From Ophelia neglecta (lineage: Eukaryota): a stretch of 64,000 nucleotides of DNA. Location: assembly GCA_965285935.1 (NCBI GenBank), contig OZ260661.1, forward strand, positions 43,214,001-43,278,000, given 5' to 3'. A program made the translations under genes and the position numbers. Below are positions 13,905 through 27,100 of the stretch, piece by piece. Position 1 is the first letter of the stretch. Each line of letters opens with the position of its first letter. Under the pieces are notes generated by a model. The model searched no databases, was not told where the DNA came from, and saw nothing but the letters and a program-made list of their open reading frames with translations.

Positions 13905-14982
13905 TGAACATATATCAAGATGACACCATATGCTCTCTCAGAGATCCAGACCAAGCTGACACACAACATAGATCCCAGTGCATACAACATAGATCTCAAA
14001 GCTATGAAGATATGACATACAACATAGATCAGAGAGCTATCAAACAGACATTAAACAGCCATAGATCTCAGGACTATGAAGATGACATACAGCATATATC
14101 GCCACACTCTCAAGCAGATATTCAACGTATATCCCAGGTCTATGAAGAAGACAAAGTATAGATCCCAGAGCTATTAATTATATACAACTTTGATCTTAGA
14201 GCTATGAAGATATGACATACAACATTCCGGTAGATTACAGAGCTATCAAGCGGACATACATGTACAACACAACAATAAGCTAGAACTATGAATAAATGAC
14301 ATACAACATAGATCTCAGAGCTATAGAACTGATATACAATATAGATGTCAGAGCTATTGAACTGACATACAACATAGATCTGAGAGCTATGGAACTGACA
14401 TGCAACATAGATCTGAGAGCTATGGAACTGACATGCAACATAGATCTCAGAGCTATGGAACTGACATGCAACATAGATCTCAGAGCTATGGAACTGACAT
14501 ACAACATAGATTTCAGAGCTATTGAACTGACACACAACATAGATCTCAGAGCTATTGAACTGACACACAACATAGATCTGAGAGCTATGGAACTGACATG
14601 CAACATAGATCTCAGAGCTGTGGAACTGACATAAAACATAGATCTCAGAGCAATGGAGCTGACATACTATATAGAGTCCAGAGCTTTCAAACAGACATAC
14701 AACATAGTACTAGATTACAGAACTATGAAAATGGCTTACAACATAAATCCCAGATTTATTATGATATGACTTACAATATAGTTCCTCTAGCTATTACGAT
14801 GTAACATACTGATTGAACTCAGACATATCAAGCAGACATATGACATAGAACTCAAGAATTATGAAAACAGCATATGGCATGGTTCTCAGAGCTGTCATTC
14901 AGGTATATACAATTTACAGACCCTAGAGCTATGGAGATATGGTATACAACATAAATATCAGAGCTATGTAAATGACATACAT
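13905..14982 (+). repeat. 33-bp minisatellite (ACAACATAGATCTCAGAGCTATGGAACTGACAT) with homogeneous core and degenerate flanks
   Basis: About 11 near-identical 33-bp units at 14303-14665. Diverged units containing (A)CAACATAGATC...GAGCTAT continue on both sides. Confidence 0.95.
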
Positions 14983-15379
14983 GCAGGGGAGGCCAAGCTG
15001 ATTAGCAACATCTGAAAAACAATTTTATTGGCTAAAATCCTTGACAGTGCAAAAAGATGTGCACACATGAAACAAATAAATGAATAAAGCAACCAAAAAA
15101 AAATTGCAATGCAGTAGGGCTCATGCTCATGGGGCCTATGGACATTTTTTGACTCCCTGCTCAGTGCTAAAGCTCACCGCTAGATACTAGAAACAAATTG
15201 TGATAAGATCAAAAATGATAATGTCTCAAATGGTTATCAGGCTATTTAAGGGGTATTTGGTGTCTTGGTAAAACCTCCTTAATGGCTTTGAGTTTGTATT
15301 GGAAAATTTGTTTTGCGCAATCATTTGTGTTTTGGCATTCTGTTTCAGTGGTAATTATTATCAATTTTTGTACCCTCAG

Positions 15380-15500
15380 TACTCTACGGCAGGTACTCCA
15401 GTGAGGCAGCACTCTAAAGAGGGCATTGAGCCCACTGTCGCAAGTAGGCACTGTGGCGATATGACCGATAAGTGTTGAAAGTCACGTAAGACCAACAACA
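15380..15500 (+). mobile_element. 5'-truncated retroposon (SINE or LINE 3' tail) with target-site duplication
   Basis: Flanked by the direct repeat ACCCTCAG (15372-15379 and 15501-15508) and ends in a (CAA)n-like tail. It retains several CpGs in a CpG-poor background. The sequence GTGAGGCAGCACT...GATATGACCGATAAGTGTTGAAAGTCACGTAAGACC resembles, from memory, the 3' end of mollusc SINE families. Confidence 0.8.
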
Positions 15501-18118
15501 ACCCTCAGATTTATTAAGGAAGGCAACCCCCTTTTCACAGAATAAACATGTGTGTAGTTAGGTCAAAATAAAAGGAATAGTTAGGCATTTGCGAGCATAA
15601 ACCAAACTTTCTACTTGACATGGCCTTATTGAGATCGCCCCAAAAATAAACTTGCTGTTAACAAAAGCTTATCACAGATAATTGACATATTCTCAGCAAG
15701 TTACAATGCAATTACAATGTGTAGGCTTTAGACTATTCTCTGTGCCAGTGGGCATGTTCAGTATAATATTTGTTCAAGCAGTTTGTCTTGTTTATTACCT
15801 GGGTCCATGATTGGGAGGGGCAGCTTAGATGTACATGTACATGTACATGTATGCCTAAGTTTTGTAACACCTTTGTCGCTTTTTTGTCAAATTACCTGCT
15901 TTACACATAAACACAATTTCTCTTGGCCTTGAAATCAACAGTTTGTCATGGAGTGCCAGCAGATTCATGAGAATTTCATTTAAAAGGCAATCTTTATTTA
16001 ATTTAAAGCTAAAATGGGTAAATATTACACATCAGAAAGGCTTGTATTTGCCATTTATCCTCCTATACTGTTCACAAAATCTTCTCAAGAGAGCATTTCA
16101 ATGAAAATAAAGGCAGCATATCAAATTATTTCGGATCAATAAATGTGAACAAATATTGGAGTCACTAAGATTACTTTCATTTAAAGCAGTCAGCAGAGAC
16201 TCCAGTAACTTACACAACACTACTAGGCTGAAAAGTCAGTATGACCCAAACATATGCACAGCACTTGAAACTTTACTAGATAAGATCTACCATTATTACT
16301 CAAAAATTTGAATTATTTTCTGAAGCCAACTGCCAACAGCACTCCATTGCTTTGCCTAACATATTTGGTTCAGAAAGATTGATGTCTTATTCGTTTGAGT
16401 TGGTGTTTTTGCTGATTTGTCAGTTAGTATTTTTGACTGGCTGCTGATTACTGAGATAAGCTGACTATCTCGAGTATCACCAGTGCAGGACCCGGGCTAG
16501 CTAACCCGAGCAGCCATGCTGAAGAATTCCAACTCATGTATCCTTGATAGTCAGGTATTTTGTAAATCAGGAAGGCCCTAACACTAAAATACAAGAAATT
16601 CCTTAGTGTGTAGTGGCATGTTTTCAACCCCCTTGCCATTTGCTCATTTACCTTGGGATTGCATAATCGTATCTTGAAAACTATTTGACCTATTGTGCCT
16701 TAACTAAAAGGCAGCAGATAGGGGTCTTGATTGGTGTGTCTGTGCAGTGATTCTGTCGAATTTGAACAAGCTGCTGTTGTCAAAATAATAAATGCATGTG
16801 CAAGAAATATATGTTAGGATAGTGGTGATATGCTATCTGCTCTGATATGTAGATGGATGATATTGGCAAGCTTTTATCACTTAGATTGCCTTCAAGTTAT
16901 GGATATAAGTCATTGCCTTTGCATGGTAAACAGCTTTGGTCACGACAGCAATTCCTGATATCACACAGTTAAAGTCATCTAATAAAATAAATTGAATGTT
17001 CTGTCTGGTTCCCAAGATTATTCATGAATCAATTGACGTTTCATTCATTCAGACTCTAAATCAAATCAATTGTCCAGGAAGAAAGGGAAGCCGTTGGTTC
17101 AGTCTTTTGGATGGCTGGTTTAGTTGTTCCTGGTTCAAAAATGAAAAGTTGCAATGTGGGAGGTGTAGTCTCATCTAAGCCTTCACCAAATGGAATTGGT
17201 TGTCAGAAGTCCTGCTTTTATTATTTTCATTTGTGTTCTTTATGATACATTCAACCCACTCGGCCTGCTCGAGCATGCTTTGTGTAAGGATAGGAACCAT
17301 TTTGAGGAACTTTTTGTCACCTTTTACGACATCCTGGCTTACATTTTATGGGGATTGAGGCCTATCTAATGCGGTAGGGATCCCACAAGGCTTGGCCTAC
17401 TGCTATAATTGCTCTAGAGCCCGTTTGGCAATCTATACCAGAGCTGAATTGATTCCTCTATGTTTCTGCTGTACTATTTTTTCACTTTCATCAGTGATAG
17501 GCCCAATAGACAGACAGTGTAATGGAAAAAAGCTTGAAGAATATGCTCTTCCATTTTTAGGTTTCTGTCTATTTTTCTTGCAGAAAGACAAGGCTGAATC
17601 TTCAGTATAACCTGCATGTACTCAGGTACATGTTAATTGTGTATGAACTTAGCCAAATGTCTTAGCACAGTAGCCATGGCTACCTGCACACATATTGCCA
17701 CCTGCACAGTGTAGGTTCATTTCATTCTTCCCACACAATATACTGATCATAAGGTCATCACAATCACTGGGATACACCAATAATGTATGATATGGAAAGT
17801 ATACAATATATGCATACTAAGGTGTATTAGTTCCCCTACTAAATTAAAAAAAACATCTGTACTGAATAAAAGTGTGGTATATTGGCCAATGTAATTAGAT
17901 TCGTTTTTATTCAACAATAAATCATATGGAGGTTGTTTCCTAATACCAGAGAATAAATGTATTCTTTGTATATGTCAAGTCTTTGTACCAGTAATGTAAA
18001 TTCCATCACAGTTTGAGTTGGGGCTAATTAAACACATGTACTTGTAGAGGAAGAATGAACAAAAAGCTCTCAGGAAGATTCAAATCTCTCATCTTGAATT
18101 CCATAGCCGTTACCTGTA

Positions 18119-18142
18119 CCCCCCCCCCTCCCCCCCCACCCT
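18119..18142 (+). repeat. Poly-C tract
   Basis: Run of C with single interruptions. Confidence 0.85.
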
Positions 18143-21100
18143 TTTTATCATTCTCAGTCAGACAGAAAAAAGAAAAAGTCCCAACAAATCTTCCTTTGTC
18201 TTCAGGACAGCACATTTGTCAAGAGGACATGAAGAGTTTTTCACATTTGTTTGCCTGTTTACACATCTAAAGCCTACTTGATTAAGCATGCCATGTTGAT
18301 CAGGCACCTGGTTAGGAGATATTTGGGCACAGTTATCAAGAGTGTGCAGGGGTAATGAGTTTGGCAGCATCTTGTTCTGATGGCTGCTATCACACCAGGG
18401 ATGGCAGACCAGCAACCATTCGTCTAGAAGGGCTATGAAATGACCTATTTGTGTCAGGATTTGGAGTTGTAGTGGTCTGTTACATTTTCACCACTGATAT
18501 CAATCACTTTGGAGGGACCTCTTGGTGCTGTAGAGCACCACCTCACTACATCAGCATCCACACAGGTGATGTGCAGCAAGAACCCTTCCCTAATATCTGC
18601 CAGCAAACCTGGCACACTGATTGAAATGAAGTATGGTACAAGCCGCCATGGTTAGACTAAATGGCAATAAATGTGGTGAAGAGCAAAGACATGGCCATTA
18701 ATGTTCTGCTACATTATGTCACAGATATTATAATAACATGATTTATAACAGTTGGGCTAAACTTCTCAGGCTGAGGCGTGTTTATACAAATAAGCAAAGA
18801 AATTGTGAGCAAAAAACACTCCTTTGACTTTCACAAACCCAAGACTACAGTTAACATTTTATGAGTCTGGTTTTTATTTATGCAGCCTGCATCTTTATAT
18901 ACATTGGTTTTTCTCATAAGTGAACTGGTCAGAAGATATGTTTGTTAGGTTGGGATGTAGTAAAAATAGATGGTTTCTTGCTGAAGTTGTGAATTAAAAG
19001 GCTGGTGGTGTATGGACAGGTATTTGGTTATAACAAGCAGAGTGACCTTTGGCTGGAGTGGGAAGGCTGCTTGGAGACCTGAAGGGTCAGGCCTCAGTAA
19101 CCTTAGCCCAGCCACAATCAATGGTTCTGGGAGAGGGATTTCTAGCCTGGTCATCTCCCAATGTCTGATCCCACAAACCACTCATTATCCCTATAACTGG
19201 TGGTATCTGATATGTGCTGGGGACTAGTCCAGTCTCTCATGACTCCTGTGACTGGGGGGTGGTGGAAAGATGAGAGGAGAAGAGAACGGGTTGTGACCCC
19301 AGCTTGGTATCCAAACCAACAATAATAACCACCATGGTGGACCCAACTCAGTCTACCTGGCCATCTCCAACTGGCAACAGAAAGGGACTACATAGTGAGA
19401 TAATGTAGGAATTGGAGGGCTGGACTCACCTAGTAGTAGGCAATCTGGTGTGAATTCTGTATGTTCATGTACTTATACATTGTATATGCACCGGTATGTC
19501 ACATTTAAGTCACACTAAGCCCCAATACTTGACATTGCCAGCTAGCACAGAAGCTGGGTAGTAAACATGTAGAACCAGCTGGGTCTTACAAACTGCCATC
19601 CGAAATTGGATATGGTTAGAAAATTCTGTGGATGTGATGAATGAGTATAAATCTGTCAAACGGGAGCAGATCTTACACAGCGGGCTCTTTCTCCCTGTTG
19701 ACTTACTGTTTTTCACCAGAAGACATCAGGGATTGGTCTTGATAAAGTTGTCCTGCAGGGGGCCAAAATCAATTTATACACATCAGTATTTAAGCAGTCA
19801 GATCTTGTAGGCATTAAATCTATGTCCTGGCTAGCGATCATGCTCATGAATATTCATGCCCATATCTTGGCCCGCCTTGGTCTTGATCACTGTATTAATT
19901 ACTTTAGACCTGTGTAGAGTTGCATTACTCACACATTTCTTTTATCCTGCAGTGGCTTTGAGATTTGATTCCTTTTATTATTAATATAACAGTTCTTTCT
20001 ACTCCAAAACTGTTATGAAAAGCAGACAGACGCTTCATGTACATGTGTTTGGAAAAATTATGGTCAGCATGCATTTGAGTTTTTGAGTTAGGGAAGTGGG
20101 CTTTTAGAAAATCTTCTGATTATTTTGTTGATTAGTATAGAATCAAATATTTGACACATGCACACTTAGTAAAGGCTTTGCCATGCGCCATCCCTTTCAG
20201 GCAAATCGGTCAGCTGTCAATGTGACATTGTGACGTCTAGCAGTCACAGCAATGGTTGTAATTACAAAGTCTTGCCGCACTGCTGAAGTCTGCATTAAGT
20301 GCTGATTTAATTAAAGTGGAACCAATTCATTTATTGAAGGTTGCCAGAGGTTGTTGATTCACACGCATAAAAGGATGCCAATCCTTCTGGACACAGTGTC
20401 CTTTAAGCACTTTTGAATGTTGCACCACTATTAGAGACTGGGCAATCAGATGAAAGAGATAGGCATTGCATTGACATGTTCTTTATTTAGGGTGATATAT
20501 TGCCTAATCAAAACAATTTCACTCAGTTTGTAAGAGTGCAAATGGGATATATGTAGTTATTTGCCACAGTGTGGATTGGACAATGGATTTAAGTCAGTCG
20601 TTTATGTATCTTTCATGAGAGCTTTGATTGGGGTCAGAAACCCAATCCCAGTGGCTTCCATACTATTGCTACATGTAGCTGGATATTTTCTTTTCACCTA
20701 GAATATATACTGTGTTTGGTAATGTTCTGTGGGTCGGTAATATATATTCCCGGGCATGTTTTAGCCATTGTTTATGTGATTGTGGCTCATTCTGCAGGTG
20801 TTAGGGCTAGCTACACTGTAATAATGCCCAAATTGCATGTGGAATTGGAACCGCAAAACCTACTTTCACTGAAGTACTTAATCTCTGAACAGAATTCACT
20901 CATGAATATATAATTAGGGCTGGAGACTTCCTGAGAAGTAAATTAGTTTAAGGAAAAAACTTCCATATTTGCAGAGATCGGGCAGGTGGTCAATTGTTGT
21001 CATGATATCATTCCTTCTTCCTGTCCTTATGCAGTAGACAGTTCTAGATCGTATCTGCTCTTAAGCAATTGTTGAGTAGGTAACCTGCACTTGCTGTATG

Positions 21101-24100
21101 TTGGAACTGGCTGTGGCCATCCTATTTATATTGATTTTGACCTCCTGAAATGTCCTGCAGGTCATAGAAAATAATGAATCCAATTTTGTACAGTGGCAAA
21201 TAATATTTAAGATCCAAATATACCCATAACCAAAGCAATTTGGTTGTAGCTGTTCTCTCCATTGATTAGGCATACAGTGCCTGGGAGAATTCATTTGCCA
21301 GTGTGTGTGTTTGTTTGTAGGTTGATCTAGATTATACAGTTATGTTGATGGGTGGAGCTGCATAACCAAGTCAGATGTTCATATCATGATTGCTATGTAT
21401 AGGAGCAATTTCTGGCCCATAAGAGCTTTTGACCTGAAATTGAAAGATTCACCTATTGTAAAATAATACTATGTTGTCCTGTAACCAACACAAACCCCAC
21501 ATAAGTGTAGGTTAGCCTGAACTGTGGGCCAGGAGAGGCAGTAGTTCAGGCAAATCTGGTGTCAAGTGTTGACTCAGATAGCTGGGTTGCTGTCCTGGCA
21601 TGTTAAAGATAGCATATTTATTCATTTCATGTGACATGATGAAGTTTATTTAAGTTACAGAATTGCAGACATACACAAACAATGATATTTTCTTACACTT
21701 GGTACATGTCATTTATACATGAAACCATAATTGTATGGTAAAACACCCACAGTAGAAGAAAAAAATTGGTGATGATCTGGAAAGCTCTGATACCGTCATA
21801 AGATCCTTGTAATGCTATATGCTTAATGCCAGTTATCAATATTTCCTCTCAGATCTGCAATCCACAGGCATTTTTTCATTCCAGGTTTTGTTCAAGGCCC
21901 TTATCGGCAGACAGCCCAGACTGGCTTAAAAGCTGGCTGAGAGGCATTAGGCCATAGCTCCTAATGTAACTTGTGAAACTTAGCTAGCACCTGGCCTATA
22001 GGAGTGCACTTGTGTAGAGAGAGTGATAAGATACAAGCTTTGATAAACTCTGACCTGTGGCTAGGAGAAGCTATCAATTTCCTCTACTTGATGTGTATAT
22101 GGACACCTCAACAATTTCACATTTATTGTCCTTATCTCTTATTGTTTCCTCACCTTCATAGAAGTTCTGCCTTTATAAGCACCCAAGACTGGAGCTTAAA
22201 CATTGGCCCCAGGACTGGTTGCTATCTGCAGACTTTGTTTTACCATTTCCATATCACCGCTGAATAAATTATTGCAGAGATTAGGATTAAATGAGATCAA
22301 TGTGTCTTATAAGTTGTTTACCCATGGGTGAATCGTTAGAGATGAACACTATGTCCAAAATCAGTTTTCTGTACTTTTGTAAGTTTGTTTGTATGGGTGC
22401 ACACCTAGCTTTTTTAATTAATTGAACCTGCATGAAAGAACATGGCATTGTCTTAAGCTCTTTCAACTGTTTTTTTTGTCAGGATTATAATTGTGACAAA
22501 TGAATTATAGTGGCAAACATAAGGGTGTGAGTTTTATAGTCTGTTGAATATGTCTGCCAAATATTTGCCCAATTGTCAGTGTTCCAGGCATCATAAATAT
22601 GCATATTAATAGAGTGTGTTGAAAACGTCTCTTTAATAGTTATTTTCCTTTTATAATAACATGCTCTCTGCTGATTATAAATGCAATTTTATATATATAT
22701 ACATCAAAAATACATAGAAGTATGAAATGCTTTTTGATTTGTGCCTGGGAATTATGTGAGAAAGCAATATATAATAGTCAGACACTTGAGCATGTAAGTC
22801 TTATGGTGGGAACTTGTGTAATAATTAATTGGCAGGCTACAGTGATTGTCACTTCCGATGAATGGGTCATGAACAGCTTTCATCCAAGGTATTGCATAAA
22901 TGCCTATTTTGATTGCCGGAAAAGATCAGAATTGAAGCTGACTAATGACCATTTTGGCTCCAATAGGTACCCTGAATGTTGGGGTAATATGTGGGTAGAA
23001 AAGGAGCCTAGAGGCACAGATAAAGATATGATCAGGCTGTTGAGGCAAGGCAAAGCAAGAGATATATAAATTTTCCATTTGGGTTTCTAAGCAAACCCAC
23101 AGTCTAGAACCCTGAAAGTGCCCTTGGCTTTAGATTTTGGTCTTCTGTGGTTAACAGTTCAGCCACTTTAGTCCCTGGGCTGGCTGCTTTCTTTCAGTTT
23201 TCTGTTTGTTTATTTCAAAAGTCAGTCTAGTGTCATATGGCCAGTTTCGTCCCTGCACAAATCTACTAACAATTGTGAGAGTACAAGGGTGAGTATTACA
23301 GCAAACATGGCTTTACGGCAGCTACGATTGGTGGTCTGACATTGTACCTTAAAGAAATGTTTAAAAATTGAGGTTGGCTCTTACAACATGAAATGGATGA
23401 GTCCACTAACATCTTTTCGAGCGATGCAATGAAGCTCTTCTCTACCTATTTCAGGCCGCCCACTTCATCAGTTTTCTCTTTGAATTTGCCCAAGTCAATA
23501 TGAGGTCAGTCAGATCACACAAAACAGGTATATTTGAAATATAGACCTGTTTATCAGACACTATTTGTTGGCTATTACACTGTAGTTTACTTTCTGCTAC
23601 ACAATCACAGTGGATTCAGTGCTGGATCTGAAGCAATGATTTTTGTCTGGTTTGCCCTTCAAACTGACCGGTAAGGGTTCAAAGTATATTGAAAGTAAAG
23701 GCAGAAATGCTGAGATAAGCCAAGAATTGCATGGTGGAGAACAGGTTATCAGTTTTCCTTGCCACTGATCCAGTTGGAATGTTGTTGCTCTCTCCATCAT
23801 CCTTGATGGCTGAGTTTGTCTTAACTGTTGCCAGCACTCTTTATCTAATAGTATGGCTGCTGTTGGTCATGGTAAATGCCGGCTGTCATTGTGTGTGCCC
23901 AAATATTTGAGTGTATGTAAAAAACAACCTGCAAGTAAAGGTCGCCACCTTCCTACGATTGGCTTTGAAATTCTACCTTGAAAGAAAATTAATGTTCTAT
24001 AAGCATGAAAGAGACTAAATTTGAATTGGCTTAATATTTTTGGCTCATTCTTGACATGAATGATTGTTTTCTGAGGGCAGACTAGTGTGGGAAAAGGTTT

Positions 24101-27100
24101 GTTTTATACCCCCTCTCCACTTTGCTGTTTAGGACGTTTTTGAATCCTTGCCTGCAGTCTTGTTCGTCTGCTCTCTCGTAAAACACACAAATAAATATAA
24201 GCAAAAAGACCAATTCCTTGCAAATTATTTCTCTTGTTCTTTAACGTTTCAACAAATATTGTATTAAAAGCAGGTTAATCTTCCTTCTTTCCTTAAAGTT
24301 TGTCTTCACTAGTAAGTGTGTAAGTGTTAGACATATTTTTACATCTGCAAGTACAAAAGAACATGTTCGACAGGTTCTTTTAGCCTCACAGTAAAAAACA
24401 CAGTTACTGACACCCTCAGGTGAGGGTGTGCAGCACAAGTTTATGCACCCGATGCTTTTGTTCTAAACTTTGATTGGTATTTATTTAGTGTTACTTTAAT
24501 AGCCAGTGACATATTAAGAGTGCCATTTCCTGCTTTTTGATTTTCCAAACAAAATTATTCCCTGTTCTACACATTATTGTGTAAAAACATACGTGGAATG
24601 CATAACTTATCTCTTACATGTCATGAAATGTCTTTCCCAGGATGATGTTTTTATCAGTTTTATGGCTCGCATTAAAATTGTATTGCTGCATGTTTTTGTC
24701 ACAATAGATTAGAAGACTACTGCGGGGGAGCTACCTAGGTTCCTGCTCTTTACAGGGTGTGTGAGCTTACTGCATACCCAGTCAGGTTGTTTATTTGTGA
24801 CAGTGCTCATAAACTAATTGATATATAAAGGCATAAATTTGAAAAGTTAGCTCGAGATATTTCTAAAGCTGCAATTATGATGTTTTTAGGGGCCAGTTTT
24901 CAGGGTAATAATTTACAACTTTCATGTAGTGGAACCCAGAGATTGGAACCAGGTTTAATTCTCTGTTTGAACCAGATTTTACCGCTGGATAAATCTTTGT
25001 TCTTAGTGGGGTGGAGGTCTATCTGTGGTCTCTCCGTGGCTACTGCAGTGTAGTTCTGCTAGGGTAAGGGTGTAGGTAATTTAGTTGTGAGGATGGTATG
25101 CCAGGGCAGGTGTGACATTAAGGCCAGGTACTTACAGCTCATCAGCTATCTGGGTTAATCAGCTTTTATACCCCACAGACGGCTCCCCTCTTCATTTGTG
25201 GGGCTTGGCAAAATGAACCTAATAATCAGTAAGGAAATATGATTTACATAGTTGATGTAGGAAGTCTAGGACCTTCAGCAACCACTGGAATACCAATAGA
25301 ATTTTCACAAAGACATTATATGGGAAAGGAGATAAATTATTCCCAAGTTGCCCCATCTTAGCCACAGCAGTATATCAGCTGTGATTAGACCCAGTCATTT
25401 CCGCATGGTGGAGTATTCCACCAAACAGCCAAAATAGAGCCGGCCATGTATAGTAGCTATCTGGTTAACTGTTGCTGTATCTGGTCCAGCCACCATAGAG
25501 CTAACACAATCCTGGGCTATTGTAAATGTGCATTCAGTAAACTTATTTGCAGGCCATCTTAAGTGAATGTCCTCTTTCCAATTTCAGCATAATCTTCTAA
25601 TTTGCTGATTGGATAGTAAGTCAATATTGCCTCACGTTACACAAGCCATTGTTTGTTGGCAGTCAACTCCAGTTACATGTAATTGTGAGAGCTTTTACAC
25701 AGGTGAATCCATCAGCCTTTGAGGCAGGAAAATGTACACATCTAGTTTTGAAAAATGTCAATAAAGTTGTCCTGTGCTCTCCAGTTGACAGCTAGATGGC
25801 TCATTTACTTTTTTAAACTTTACATTGGATTATATTTTCAAGCTAGAACTCATTTACATGAAAAAGTTGCTTGGCTTATCTAAAACCCCAGCTGTGGGCA
25901 GATCATTTCAAAGGAGTAAAATCCATTCTTTAAACTGATAGTTTAGGCAAATACAAAAGAGTGTATGGGTGTCTGCCTGAAATTGGTAATTGTCCATCAT
26001 TGCCATGTGTGTGTAATAGTTGACATTGCCTTAAGCAAGTATTACTCCTGTATATTTGCATAGTTTTGGGAATTATTATAAGTAAAATCTTTTGAATCTT
26101 GGACAAATACATGAAGGTCCCATCCAAGTGATTTAGGTCCCAGCCATTTAGCTCCATGCTATTTAAAGCAGTCATGAAGTGAAATGGATGCCATTCAAAT
26201 TTCAAGAGCTGTTTTATATGCACTAATTAAATAACAGCAATAATGAACAATAAAGATATTTTAATATGTATGGATGGAAAAAGCAAAATTATTTTCATAT
26301 AAGAAATTGGTAATTAATGCAAGAAATTGATTAATGGCATTAATATAGAATACATAAACATGTCACTGGTAGATTGAGATCATTTTAATCCTCACATAAT
26401 TGCCATTAAACATATATTTTAAAGGTAACTGTTTACAGTAATTTTATACAGTTAAACTTTTAGAAACAAAAAATTCAGTTCTCCAACTGTGAGCATAGAT
26501 GTAAAATTGTGTCGAACAACATACATTAATCTTCACCGTATTGTTTTTTTGAAAAAAGATTTTTTTTATATGTGTGGTTAAATTTTACAAACAATTATTC
26601 AGATTTCCAATTGTCATGTAATATTATGTTATTCATGTAAATATCATAAATCTAAGATATATGTCTATGGATATTTTCCCTTGAAAAGTTAATGTGGGAA
26701 AAGAACCGCTCTCGCCCAGGCAGGAATGTACTCTGAATTAATAAACCCTCCCATTGCCTCTCCCTGTGCTCCCTGGACAAAGATCACACATTGATTGTGG
26801 TGTCTTTGTGTAATTATCCATGTACCTACTAGCTTGTACATGTGTATTTGTGTACTCACTCCTCCTGGTGTGTGTGCCAATATGACAGAACTTTATAAAA
26901 TTAATATATCATATCAATGCATTATGCAAAATGTTCCAGACGATAATCACCCTTATCCTAAAAACTGCCATCCCGAGACCAATTTATTTGATTAACATCA
27001 TCTTTTTTCTTTTCAGCCAAAGCTGAGCTAATATTCCTGCAGATTTGAATTGGTATAAAATAAACTTACAGTATTTGCATCAATCAAGATACCTGCATTG

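Noticed and set aside
13871-14804. ORFs with 11-aa repeats; superficial CRISPR-like repeat/spacer appearance
   Set aside because: The ORFs arise from the 33-bp tandem unit in several frames on both strands. The variable parts are related to each other rather than unique spacers, there are no cas genes, and the DNA is eukaryotic.
14983-15160. Possible hAT-like element GCAGGGGAG...CTCCCTGC
   Set aside because: The inverted match is short and imperfect, with no 8-bp TSD.
17604-17645. 42-nt exon candidate
   Set aside because: The donor (GTACAT) is weak, only one frame is open and there is no homology.
23290-23310. Partial matches to miR-12 (TGAGTATTACA here) and bantam (TGAGATCATTTT near 26376)
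   Set aside because: Only the 5' half matches and I see no precursor hairpin.
23445-23475. Hammerhead-like core on the minus strand (CTGATGA...GAAA)
   Set aside because: Stem II is only about 2 bp, and stems I and III cannot be formed.
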